From an uncultured Eubacteriales bacterium (lineage in GTDB: Bacteria; Bacillota; Clostridia; Oscillospirales; Oscillospiraceae), in the NCBI GenBank assembly GCA_958427375.1, contig CAUABY010000001.1, positions 1 through 36,158 on the forward strand: DNA of 36,158 nucleotides, in the 5' to 3' direction. The position numbers were made by a program, and so were the translations under genes. Shown here piece by piece: positions 16,226 through 24,341 of this stretch. Every line of letters starts with the position of its first letter. Position 1 is the stretch's first letter. The notes under the pieces are model-generated. The model worked only from the letters and a program-made list of their open reading frames with translations, did no database searches and had not been told where the DNA came from.

Positions 16226-17077
16226 TTACTTTGCAATAATGGACTCCTGCACGCCGTAGGTATTGGCAGTCTCAAGCATGCTGCCGTCGGCGTAGCTGGC
16301 CGCGAAGAAGTCGTTGAGAGCGGCGGCTAAGTCACTGCCGGAGCGGAAACCAACGCCGTACTCCTCACTCGTGAGCTCAACGGTGTAGCTCAGTTCGGGA
16401 TAGCTGGTGCCCTCGCCTATCATGGCGCCGGCCATCAGCAGGTCGATGACGCAGGCGTCAGCGGTGCCGGCCTGAACTTCCATCAGCGCGTCGGCCTGGG
16501 TCTGAACAGCGGTCGGCTCAATGCCAAGCTCCTTGACGGCGGCTTCACCGGCGGAACCGGCCTCAACCGCGAAGGCAAGGGATGAGAGGCTGTCAGCGGT
16601 CTGGTACTGGTCGGCCACGTCGGACTTGACGACGACTACCTGCGCGTTGTTGCAGTAGGGCTCGGAGCAGGCCATGGAGTTGAGAACCTCAGGAGTGAGG
16701 GTCATGCCGTTCCATACACAGTCAATGCTCTTGCTGCCCAGCTCAAGAATCTTGTTGTCCCAGTCAATCTCGATGAACTCAACATCCACACCGAGAGACT
16801 CGGCAAATGCCTTGGCCATGTCAGCGTCAAAGCCTATCCACTCGCCCGCGTCGTTCTTGTAATCCATCGGGGCAAAGTCCGTGATGCCGACAATCAGGCT
16901 GCCCTTGCCCTGAACATAGGCCAAATCGCTTTCGGCTTCGGCAGGAGCCTCAGCGGCGGGAGCGTCAGCCGGTGCGTCGGCGGCGGGTGCTTCGGTCGCG
17001 GCGGGTGCGGAAGAGCCGCAGGCGCACAGTGCGAACACCATAGTGAGTGCGAGTATCATAGCAAGTATTTTTTTCAT
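16226..17077 (-). CDS. amino acid ABC transporter substrate-binding lipoprotein (family 3)
   Basis: Lipobox LCACGSS, then an Ala/Pro/Glu-rich linker, then an SBP_bac_3-like body (IVGITDFAPMDY...WNGMT). Start set at ATG 17077, 8 nt after GGAGG. Confidence 0.88.
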   Translation of the reverse strand: MKKILAMILALTMVFALCACGSSAPAATEAPAADAPADAPAAEAPAEAESDLAYVQGKGSLIVGITDFAPMDYKNDAGEWIGFDADMAKAFAESLGVDVEFIEIDWDNKILELGSKSIDCVWNGMTLTPEVLNSMACSEPYCNNAQVVVVKSDVADQYQTADSLSSLAFAVEAGSAGEAAVKELGIEPTAVQTQADALMEVQAGTADACVIDLLMAGAMIGEGTSYPELSYTVELTSEEYGVGFRSGSDLAAALNDFFAASYADGSMLETANTYGVQESIIAK

Positions 17078-17193
17078 TTTATTGTCCTCCATCTTGTTGG
17101 ATTCGATTTTACTATTTCTTGTTTTGTGCGCTGTCTTATTAGCACGGTGCTATAATACCACATTAGTGAAATAAAGCAAGTGCTTTTTTCAAA

Positions 17194-17220
17194 TTCGCTG
17201 TGCGAATATTGCACAGCGAA
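17194..17220. promoter_or_regulatory. 27-bp perfect palindrome in the divergent ABC / Rrf2 control region
   Basis: TTCGCTGTGC-GAATATT-GCACAGCGAA, with 10-bp arms. Confidence 0.6.
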
Positions 17221-17248
17221 GCGCCGGGAAATTTGTATTTGCCTCTTT

Positions 17249-17289
17249 AATTCCTATCAATGTTATGGTATATTGTTTTTGTAGGAATT
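17249..17289. promoter_or_regulatory. inverted AATTCCTA ... TAGGAATT octamers bracketing the putative -10 (TGGTATATT) of the Rrf2 operon
   Basis: AATTCCTA at 17249-17256 and TAGGAATT at 17282-17289, with TATATT at 17269-17274 between them. Confidence 0.5.
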
Positions 17290-17322
17290 ATGAAACGAAT
17301 TATGACAGGAGGGAGACCGCTT

Positions 17323-17766
17323 ATGAATGTTACGAGCAAGGGGCGCTATGCCCTGCGCGTGATGCTGGATTTGGCCGCGCATAGAGACGAGGGCTGCATC
17401 TCGCTCAAAACCGTTGCCGAGCGGCAGGGCATATCAATGAAGTACCTTGAAATGATAGTCGGCGCGCTGAAAAGAGCCGGGCTTGTGGATAGCACGCGCG
17501 GCAAGGACGGCGGCTATACCCTCAGCCGCGCGCCCGATGAATACCGCGTTGGTGAGATTCTGCGCTGTCTGGAGGATAAGCTCTCCCCTGTCTCCTGCAT
17601 AAAAAGCGGCAGCATCGACTGCGAACGCGCGGGGCTGTGCCTCACCGTGCCGATGTGGATGGAGCTTGACGGGCTTATAAACGACTATCTTGACAATGTA
17701 AGCCTTGAGGACCTGCTCAGCGGCGAGAGATGGAGAAAACCGCAGCAGCGCACATATCACATATAA
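17323..17766 (+). CDS. Rrf2-family transcriptional regulator (IscR/CymR-like, three-Cys cluster motif)
   Basis: MNVTSKGRYALRVMLDLA... winged HTH. Cys triad in SCIKSGSIDCERAGLC. AGGAGGGA RBS. Start trimmed from 17260. Confidence 0.88.
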   Translation: MNVTSKGRYALRVMLDLAAHRDEGCISLKTVAERQGISMKYLEMIVGALKRAGLVDSTRGKDGGYTLSRAPDEYRVGEILRCLEDKLSPVSCIKSGSIDCERAGLCLTVPMWMELDGLINDYLDNVSLEDLLSGERWRKPQQRTYHI

Positions 17767-17836
17767 TATAGAACTTCATGCCGCCTGACGCTGAACGCGG
17801 CAGAACGGAAAATAATATAAAACGGAGGATAAGAAC

Positions 17837-19024
17837 ATGTTTGTATACGCAGATAACGCCGCGACAACGCGGGTGAGCAAGGCCGCGCTGGACGCGATGA
17901 TGCCCTACCTCACCGAGTATTACGGCAACCCCTCAAGCCTCTATGCCTTTGCGCAGGAGGTCACGGAGGCAGTGGCCAAGGCGCACGCCGACGTGGCAGC
18001 CTGCATCAACGCCGACGCGAAAGAGATTTATTTCACCTCCGGTGGCAGCGAGGCCGACAATCAGGCCATCATCTCCGCTGCGAAGCTCGGCGCGAAGAAG
18101 GGCAAAAAGCACATCATTTCCACCGTCTTTGAGCACCACGCAGTATTGCACACGCTCAAAAAGCTTGAAAAAGAGGGCTATGAGGTCACTTTGCTGGGCG
18201 TACACGAGGATGGGTTTGTGCGTGTTGATGAGCTGGCGCAGGCCATCCGCGAGGACACCTGTCTTGTCACGGTGATGTTCGCCAACAACGAGATTGGCAC
18301 CGTGCAGCCCGTTGCGGAAATCGGCGCGCTCTGCCGTGAGCGGGGCGTACTCTTCCATACGGATGCGGTGCAGGCCGTGGGGCACATGCCCATTGACGTG
18401 AAAGCCATGAACATAGACATGCTCTCCATGTCCGGCCACAAGTTCCACGCGCCCAAGGGCGTGGGCGCGCTGTATGTGCGGCGCGGGGTGCCCCTGTTCA
18501 ACCTCATCGAGGGCGGCGGACAGGAGCGCGGCCGCCGCGCGGGCACGGAAAACGTTGCCGGGATGGTGGCGATGGCCGCCGCACTGAAGGAGAGCTGTGC
18601 CAACATGGAAGAGAACAGCGCGAAGATAAGCGCCATGCGCGACAAGCTCTTCACAGAGCTGGGTAAGATACCGCACAGCAGGATAAACGGCAGTCTTGAG
18701 CACCATGTACCGGGCACGGTGAACATGTGCTTTGAGGGGATTGAGGGTGAGTCGCTGCTTTTGATGCTGGATATGAACGGCATCTGCGCCTCGTCCGGCT
18801 CGGCCTGCACCTCCGGCTCGCTCGACCCAAGCCACGTTCTGCTTGCGCTTGGTCTGCCGCACGAGGTGGCGCATGGCTCACTGCGTCTGTCCATCGGCGA
18901 GTACAACACGATGGAGGAGATTGACCACATAATTGAGGTCGTGCCGCGCGTGGTGGAATACCTGCGCAACATGTCCCCCGTCTGGGACGAGCTGGAGACG
19001 GGCAAGCGGCCGCACCTTATATAA
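17837..19024 (+). CDS. nifS: cysteine desulfurase NifS/IscS (group I)
   Basis: PLP motif [15 protein letters not shown] and active-site loop [17 protein letters not shown]. 395 aa. Confidence 0.93.
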   Translation: MFVYADNAATTRVSKAALDAMMPYLTEYYGNPSSLYAFAQEVTEAVAKAHADVAACINADAKEIYFTSGGSEADNQAIISAAKLGAKKGKKHIISTVFEHHAVLHTLKKLEKEGYEVTLLGVHEDGFVRVDELAQAIREDTCLVTVMFANNEIGTVQPVAEIGALCRERGVLFHTDAVQAVGHMPIDVKAMNIDMLSMSGHKFHAPKGVGALYVRRGVPLFNLIEGGGQERGRRAGTENVAGMVAMAAALKESCANMEENSAKISAMRDKLFTELGKIPHSRINGSLEHHVPGTVNMCFEGIEGESLLLMLDMNGICASSGSACTSGSLDPSHVLLALGLPHEVAHGSLRLSIGEYNTMEEIDHIIEVVPRVVEYLRNMSPVWDELETGKRPHLI

Positions 19025-19067
19025 ACACAACCAAAAATATATAATGAAGAATCAGGAGGAATAAAAG

Positions 19068-19496
19068 ATGGCATTATACAGCGACAAGGTCATGGACCAT
19101 TTCCAGAATCCCCGCAACGTGGGCAAGCTTGAGGACGCGAGCGGCGTGGGCGAGGTCGGCAACGCCAAGTGCGGCGACATCATGCGCATATACATCAAGG
19201 TGGATGACAACGGCATCATCACCGACTGCAAGTTCAACACCTTTGGCTGTGGCAGCGCCATTGCCACAAGCTCCATGGCGACTGAGCTCATCAAGGGCAA
19301 GTCCGTCAAGGAAGCCTTGCAGCTTTCAAATCAGGCCGTTGTTGAGGCGCTTGACGGTCTGCCCGCACAGAAAATCCACTGCTCAGTCCTGGCGGAAGAG
19401 GCCGTGCGCGCCGCTGTCAAGGACTATTACGACAAAAACGGCATAGCCTATGACCCCAAGGAACTGGAAATCCACGACTGCGAGCATTGCAGCTGA
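19068..19496 (+). CDS. iscU: Fe-S cluster assembly scaffold IscU/NifU N-terminal type
   Basis: GNAKCGD, FGCGSAIA and HCSVLA cysteine motifs. 142 aa. AGGAGG RBS. Confidence 0.93.
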   Translation: MALYSDKVMDHFQNPRNVGKLEDASGVGEVGNAKCGDIMRIYIKVDDNGIITDCKFNTFGCGSAIATSSMATELIKGKSVKEALQLSNQAVVEALDGLPAQKIHCSVLAEEAVRAAVKDYYDKNGIAYDPKELEIHDCEHCS

Positions 19497-19593
19497 GGGC
19501 TTCGCTACGGAACAGGTGTGCTCCTACATGAAAGACATGCTGCCCCAAGCTCAACTACCGGAAGCGCTACGCCGAAGAATAACAAAGCCTCAC

Positions 19594-19632
19594 AAAATAT
19601 CCGCTGCAAATAATTTGCAGCGGATATTTTTT
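19594..19632 (+). terminator. rho-independent terminator after iscU
   Basis: 17-bp arms AAAATATCCGCTGCAAA/TTTGCAGCGGATATTTT, followed by TT. Confidence 0.85.
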
Positions 19633-19657
19633 GCCCAAAAATTTTTTCGTTCCCCTA

Positions 19658-19712
19658 TTGACAAAGCGCGGGACGTGTGTTATTGTATTAATCGCTTAAT
19701 ACAATAACACAC
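19658..19712 (+). promoter_or_regulatory. promoter TTGACA-17-TATTGT overlapped by a 38-bp perfect palindrome (probable YtrA-type operator)
   Basis: TTGACA at 19658-19663 and TATTGT at 19681-19686. The arms GTGTGTTATTGTATTAA (19675-19691) and TTAATACAATAACACAC (19696-19712) surround TCGC. Confidence 0.7.
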
Positions 19713-19725
19713 AGGAGGTGTATTA

Positions 19726-20112
19726 ATGGACTGGCAGTTCGACAACAGCATACCAATCTATACGCAGCTGATAAACAAGATAGAGCTGGCTATAGTATCA
19801 GGAGAGTATGTGCGCGGGCAGCGCCTGCCGGCAGTGCGCGATCTGGCCACTGAGGCGGGGGTCAACCCCAACACGATGCAGCGCGCATTTCAGGAGCTTG
19901 AGCGGCTGGAGCTTGTGTATACGCAGCGCAGTTCCGGGCGCTTTGTGACGGAGGATATAAAAGTGATTGAAAGTACAAAAAAGCGGCTTGCGCAGGACAA
20001 TATCCGCACATTTATGAGTGCGATGCACCGTATCGGCTACAGCCGGGAGGAAATTATTAAGCTGCTTGAGAGCGGCGAAGAGGAGGAAAACAACAATGGC
20101 GGCAACGTTTGA
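19726..20112 (+). CDS. GntR-family transcriptional regulator, YtrA subfamily
   Basis: 128 aa. PIYTQL...G.RLPAVRDLA...VNPNTMQRAF.EL winged HTH with a short C-terminal tail. Confidence 0.88.
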   Translation: MDWQFDNSIPIYTQLINKIELAIVSGEYVRGQRLPAVRDLATEAGVNPNTMQRAFQELERLELVYTQRSSGRFVTEDIKVIESTKKRLAQDNIRTFMSAMHRIGYSREEIIKLLESGEEEENNNGGNV

Positions 20113-20794
20113 ATGTGTAGGGCTCTCGAAGAGCTACGGTAATAGGCGGGCGCTGGACAACGTGAACATCGCGCTTGAGCCGGGGCGCGTGGTGGGGCTT
20201 TTGGGTCCGAACGGCAGCGGCAAGACCACGCTCATAAAGCTTGCAAACGGGCTTTTGACACCGAGCGAGGGCAGCGTAAAAATCTGCGGGATGAGCCCCT
20301 CGCCCGCGACAAAGTCGTTGGTGAGCTATCTGCCGGATAAGCTGCACCTGCCTGAGTGGATGAGTACACAGCAGCTCATCGACATGTACGCCGACTTCTA
20401 CGCCGACTTTGACGTGAACAAGGCCGGGGAGATGCTTGGGCACCTGGGGCTTGACAAAAAGCAGCGCATCAGGCAGATGTCCAAGGGCACAAAGGAGAAG
20501 CTGCAGCTCATCCTCACGATGAGCCGCAAGGCAAAGCTCTATCTGCTTGACGAGCCTATTGGCGGCGTTGACCCCGCCACGCGCGACTACATCCTTGACA
20601 CCATCATCAGAAACTATGACCCGGAGGCCGTGGTCATCATCTCCACGCACCTTATAGCCGACGTGGAAAATGTGCTCGACGAGGTCATATTCATCAACAG
20701 CGGCGCAATCGTTCTTGAGCAGAGTGTGGACGATATCCGCCAGAAGCACAGCAAGAGCGTGGACGCGCTCTTCAGGGAGGTATTCAAATGTTAG
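20096..20794 (+). CDS. ABC transporter ATP-binding protein
   Basis: Walker A GPNGSGKTT, signature-like MSKGTKEKL, Walker B LYLLDEP. Start is ATG 20096 and overlaps the GntR gene by 17 nt. Confidence 0.9.
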   Translation: MAATFECVGLSKSYGNRRALDNVNIALEPGRVVGLLGPNGSGKTTLIKLANGLLTPSEGSVKICGMSPSPATKSLVSYLPDKLHLPEWMSTQQLIDMYADFYADFDVNKAGEMLGHLGLDKKQRIRQMSKGTKEKLQLILTMSRKAKLYLLDEPIGGVDPATRDYILDTIIRNYDPEAVVIISTHLIADVENVLDEVIFINSGAIVLEQSVDDIRQKHSKSVDALFREVFKC

Positions 20795-21609
20795 GAAAGC
20801 TGATAAAATACGAATTCAAGGCGACCTCGCGGCGCATGCTGCCGCTGATTATCGCGGTGCTGGTGCTCTCGCTGCTGTCAAGCTTCTCGGTGATGCGGCT
20901 GAGCAGCACCGACGACTACGGCGTGATTCAGGTGTTCTTCATCCTCATACTCATGGCCTTTTTTGTGGGCATCATCGCGCTGGGCGTGATGTCAATTGTG
21001 GTGTTCATCGACCGCTTTTACAAGAACCTGCTTGGCTCTGAGGGCTACCTGATGTTCACCCTGCCCGTGAGCGTGGACGCGCTGATGTGGTCAAAGCTCA
21101 TTGTGTCCTTTATCTGGTTTGTGCTTGCCTCACTCGCAGTCATCGCCGCCATGCTCATCCTCGGCTTTGTTACCTCTGCCGTGTCAATAACCGGCGAGGA
21201 CCTTGCGCACTTCATGTCTCTTATTCGCACGGGTGTCAATTATGTGGGCATCGGAAACATCATCGGCTATGTCGTTGAGTTTATCGTGCTGATGTTCATC
21301 GGCAGCGTGGCCATGTGCCTGCACTTCTACCTCGCCATGGCCATAGGTCAAGCTTTCGCAAATCATAAAGCGCTCTGGAGCGTTGTTTTCTACTTCGTGC
21401 TCAGCTTCGCGCTGTCCATGCTGTCCGCCGCGGTGGTATCCATTGGCGACAAGCTCGGCATTCTCGACGCGTTCTTTAACCTTGCAAAAACAGCGGCACA
21501 GTCCGTACACATGGTGGCCGTCTCCTCCATTGTTATCTATGCCGTCACGTCCGCGATACTGTACTTCCCCACCACCGCCCTGCTGAAAAAGAAGCTCAAC
21601 TTAGCATAA
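20788..21609 (+). CDS. multi-span membrane protein, putative ABC-2-type permease partner
   Basis: 273 aa with about 6 hydrophobic segments. ATG overlaps the ATPase stop. I recognise no conserved motif. Confidence 0.65.
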   Translation: MLGKLIKYEFKATSRRMLPLIIAVLVLSLLSSFSVMRLSSTDDYGVIQVFFILILMAFFVGIIALGVMSIVVFIDRFYKNLLGSEGYLMFTLPVSVDALMWSKLIVSFIWFVLASLAVIAAMLILGFVTSAVSITGEDLAHFMSLIRTGVNYVGIGNIIGYVVEFIVLMFIGSVAMCLHFYLAMAIGQAFANHKALWSVVFYFVLSFALSMLSAAVVSIGDKLGILDAFFNLAKTAAQSVHMVAVSSIVIYAVTSAILYFPTTALLKKKLNLA

Positions 21610-21627
21610 GCACGGCAAGAAAGATTT

Positions 21628-21661
21628 CGGGACTGTCTCATGCGAGACAGCCCCGATTTTT
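21628..21661. terminator. terminator between convergent ABC cassette and MFS gene
   Basis: 12-bp stem CGGGACTGTCTC/GAGACAGCCCCG with one mismatch, followed by ATTTTT on the plus strand. Confidence 0.7.
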
Positions 21662-21688
21662 ACATATATGAGGGAAAAAAGTAGTGTT

Positions 21689-22945
21689 TTATTCAGCTTT
21701 TTTGGCAGACTTGTCTCTGGTAATGAAGAGCAGAAAGCTCATCGCAAAGGCAAGGATAAGCAGACCGAGCAGGCAGGCAAAGATAATCTTGTAGGCAGCG
21801 ACCGGCTCGTTTGCGTCAAGGATCGCGCCGAAGATGGGGTGCAGCGCAACGTCAGGCAGGTTATAGCCGACAAGCGTTGCCACGGCGATGGCCATGCCGT
21901 TTACGCTCTGATCAACACCGACTTCGTTGAGCGCGGAGAACTGTACGCCCTTCATGGAGACGTTCACAAGCGCAAGGGCGAACATGAGAATCATAATGGG
22001 GATAAGAACGCTGCCGCTCGCGGGCATCATCATAAAGGCAATCATCAGAATAATAGATACGACCGAAGCAATGACGATAAACTTCAGGCGGCCTATTTTG
22101 TCGCAGATGCCGCCGGCAATGGGTGCGCCTACAAGGCGTGTGCCGTAATTTTTCAGAGTGGCCAAGCCGCCGGAGAACACAACGCTGACGCCCAGAACCG
22201 TGGAGAAGTACGGGGTGAGATAGCTGCTGCCGCAGTAGAAGCCGTACACGCCCATGCACATCAAAGAGAACAGCCACACCTTGGGCATCTTGAGAACCGC
22301 GAATATCTCCTTAGTGGTTGCCCTTTTGCTGGGTTCTTCGCCCGCTTCCGCGACTTCATCAAGCTCAGCATGATAAAGGAAAGCGACCAAAAGAGTGGAT
22401 ACGAGCGAGGAGGCTATGTAGAAGATGTACACAGCTTTCAATGCGGCGACGGAGCCGCCGGTAACCATGCCGAACACCCACAGAGCGCCGAAGTTGAACA
22501 CCATGCTGCCGATGCCGTTGAAGCCCTCGAACAGGCCGAAGTACTTGCCCTGATCCTCTTTCTTGCCGGCGAGGCTGACCGCCTTGAAAACGGGAGACCA
22601 GAAGCCGAGCAGGCTGGAAACGCCAAGGAGGAAGAAGCAGACGAGCGTCATCGCGTAGTTTTTAATGAACAGCAGCGCAAGAATGCTGAAAATGGTGTGC
22701 GCAATGCCGGAGAGCACCAGCAGCTTTTTGGGGTGGAACTTATCTGCAAGCCAGCCGCTGGGGAATGTGCAGATGATGCTTGCGACAATGTATACGCTCA
22801 GGGTAAAGCCAATCTGGGTATTGGTAAAGCCTGTTGCCTCAACTATTGCATCATAGAAGATGTACTTGATATATGGCAGGAGGTACATTGAGGAGTACAT
22901 GAACGCGCAGGCAAGTACCCCTATAATTGATTTGGTTTTTTTCAT
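21689..22945 (-). CDS. MFS transporter
   Basis: About 12 TM segments. The loop 2-3 motif region reads SGWLADKFHPKKLL. Start set at ATG 22945, 9 nt after GAGAGG. Confidence 0.8.
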   Translation of the reverse strand: MKKTKSIIGVLACAFMYSSMYLLPYIKYIFYDAIVEATGFTNTQIGFTLSVYIVASIICTFPSGWLADKFHPKKLLVLSGIAHTIFSILALLFIKNYAMTLVCFFLLGVSSLLGFWSPVFKAVSLAGKKEDQGKYFGLFEGFNGIGSMVFNFGALWVFGMVTGGSVAALKAVYIFYIASSLVSTLLVAFLYHAELDEVAEAGEEPSKRATTKEIFAVLKMPKVWLFSLMCMGVYGFYCGSSYLTPYFSTVLGVSVVFSGGLATLKNYGTRLVGAPIAGGICDKIGRLKFIVIASVVSIILMIAFMMMPASGSVLIPIMILMFALALVNVSMKGVQFSALNEVGVDQSVNGMAIAVATLVGYNLPDVALHPIFGAILDANEPVAAYKIIFACLLGLLILAFAMSFLLFITRDKSAKKAE

Positions 22946-22966
22946 GTGCATATTCCTCTCTTTTTT

Positions 22967-22987
22967 AATTTAATCGCGGATTAAATT
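22967..22987. promoter_or_regulatory. 21-bp palindrome AATTTAATC-GCG-GATTAAATT just upstream of the MFS RBS
   Basis: 9-bp perfect arms, flanked by T6 on the left and T6 (after GAC) on the right. Confidence 0.55.
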
Positions 22988-23004
22988 GACTTTTTTACGC
23001 GGGG

Positions 23005-24228
23005 TCAGACTATCGCGCCCTTATCGCGCATGGCCTCAATCTCAGCGCTGCTGTAGCCAAGTGCAGCGAACACCTCGTCGGTATCGCGGCCTATTCTGCC
23101 GGTAGGCTCATAATCCCGGCGGGTGTATTCGCTGAAATGCACGGGCGGGCAGGGCATTACAACGCTGCTGCCCTCTGTAAATTCGAGCTTTTCGACATAG
23201 TGATTTTCAATCGCCTGCGGGTCGGAGACGACGTCACAGGTGCGCTGCATTATCTCGCAGGAGATGTTGTTCGCGCAGAAAATCTCTCTCCACTCCGTGC
23301 TGGTTTTGGTAAGGAATACTTTCTTTACGCGCTCAACGCCCTCAGGGAGAACTCCGCTCTCGTGGAGCGTGTCGATATCGTTATAGCGCTCATCGGTGAG
23401 TATATCCTCCATGCCGAACAGCTTCGCAAACTTTTCCTTGTCACGTATATACTCGTTTGCATACACGCCCATCCACTTGCCGTCAGCGCACTGGTAATAG
23501 TTGTCGAAGGGGTCGCTGGGCCAGAGCGGGTCAGGGTTGAGATGCTTTCTGTCAAACTGTGTAGCCACGATGCCCACGGAGTTGCACCAGATACCGCTTG
23601 CGAAAAGCGAAGTCTCCACCTTTGTGCCCTTGCCGGTCTTTTCTCTTGCTATGAGTGCCATCAGTATACCTGAGAGCAGCACAGAGCTTGTCGCCATGTC
23701 GCCGAAAGCGTAGGTTGGGACAAAGGGGAAGCTCCCCTCGACCTGCCAGTCCGCCATCGGGCCGGAGCGAAGCCAAAAGGCTGTGCTGTCAAAGCCGGGG
23801 TCCGTGGCAGACGGTCCCTTCGGGCCGAAGCCGGAGAAGTGCGCATAGATAAGCTCCGGGAATCTCTCGCGCAGGCTTTCATAATCAAGCCCGTTTCTTT
23901 TCAGCGAGGGCGCGCGGACGTTGGAGATGAACACGTCCGCCGTGCCGATGAGCTTTAAGAGGGCTTCCTTGCCTTCCTCGGTTTTGAAGTTTATGGACAC
24001 AAGCTTTTTGTTGCTGTTGTGTACGGTGAAGAGAGGATTGAAATCGTCCTCATAGGGCGCCATTTCCGTCTTACCGGTACGGCGCATCTCATCACCGTAG
24101 ACTGTCTCTACTTTTATAACGTCTGCGCCGTAGGCACAGAGCATACGGGAGGTGGTGGGTGCTGCCACAACTGTCGCAAGCTCCACAACCCTTATCCCCG
24201 AAAGGGGCATTCTAATATTATCGTTCAT
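23005..24228 (-). CDS. family III CoA-transferase (CaiB/BaiF family; closest in feel to HadA/FldA 2-hydroxyacid CoA-transferases)
   Basis: LSGIRVVELATVVAAP...GADVIKVE N-terminus. Blocks NPLFTVHNSNKKLVSIN, KGPSATDPGFDSTAFW, YAFGDMATS (catalytic Asp region), KTGKGTKVETSLF and YQCADGKW parallel HadA as I remember it. Confidence 0.85.
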   Translation of the reverse strand: MNDNIRMPLSGIRVVELATVVAAPTTSRMLCAYGADVIKVETVYGDEMRRTGKTEMAPYEDDFNPLFTVHNSNKKLVSINFKTEEGKEALLKLIGTADVFISNVRAPSLKRNGLDYESLRERFPELIYAHFSGFGPKGPSATDPGFDSTAFWLRSGPMADWQVEGSFPFVPTYAFGDMATSSVLLSGILMALIAREKTGKGTKVETSLFASGIWCNSVGIVATQFDRKHLNPDPLWPSDPFDNYYQCADGKWMGVYANEYIRDKEKFAKLFGMEDILTDERYNDIDTLHESGVLPEGVERVKKVFLTKTSTEWREIFCANNISCEIMQRTCDVVSDPQAIENHYVEKLEFTEGSSVVMPCPPVHFSEYTRRDYEPTGRIGRDTDEVFAALGYSSAEIEAMRDKGAIV

Positions 24229-24257
24229 AATCTGTGCTCCAAATCAGAATAAACTCA

Positions 24258-24292
24258 TACTTCCGGGGCAGGGGCTAACTGCCCCGAAAGTA
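24258..24292 (-). other. intercistronic stem-loop between the dehydrogenase and CoA-transferase genes
   Basis: CGGGGCAG/CTGCCCCG core stem, extended by TACTT/AAGTA. Weak U-tract. Confidence 0.5.
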
Positions 24293-24341
24293 TTTCCTAT
24301 GCAATATGCTATTGCCATCGGATAGAAAAGAGGATGTTAAC

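Noticed and set aside
17933-19074. 313-aa and 298-aa minus-strand ORFs opposite nifS
   Set aside because: They are antisense to a canonical cysteine desulfurase carrying PLP-Lys and SSGSAC motifs, and are Arg/His/Ala-rich shadow frames.
19450-19707. 85-aa ORF overlapping the iscU 3' end and the downstream spacer
   Set aside because: It runs through a 17-bp-stem terminator and the GntR promoter and operator. It has no RBS.
21668-22891. 407-aa plus-strand ORF opposite the MFS gene
   Set aside because: It is a hydrophilic, His/Asn/Gly/Ala-rich product with no motif. The opposite strand gives a 12-TM MFS protein with an RBS. The ORFs at 20057..20749, 24306..25388, 25407..26099, 27043..27993 and 12601..13185 were rejected on the same grounds.
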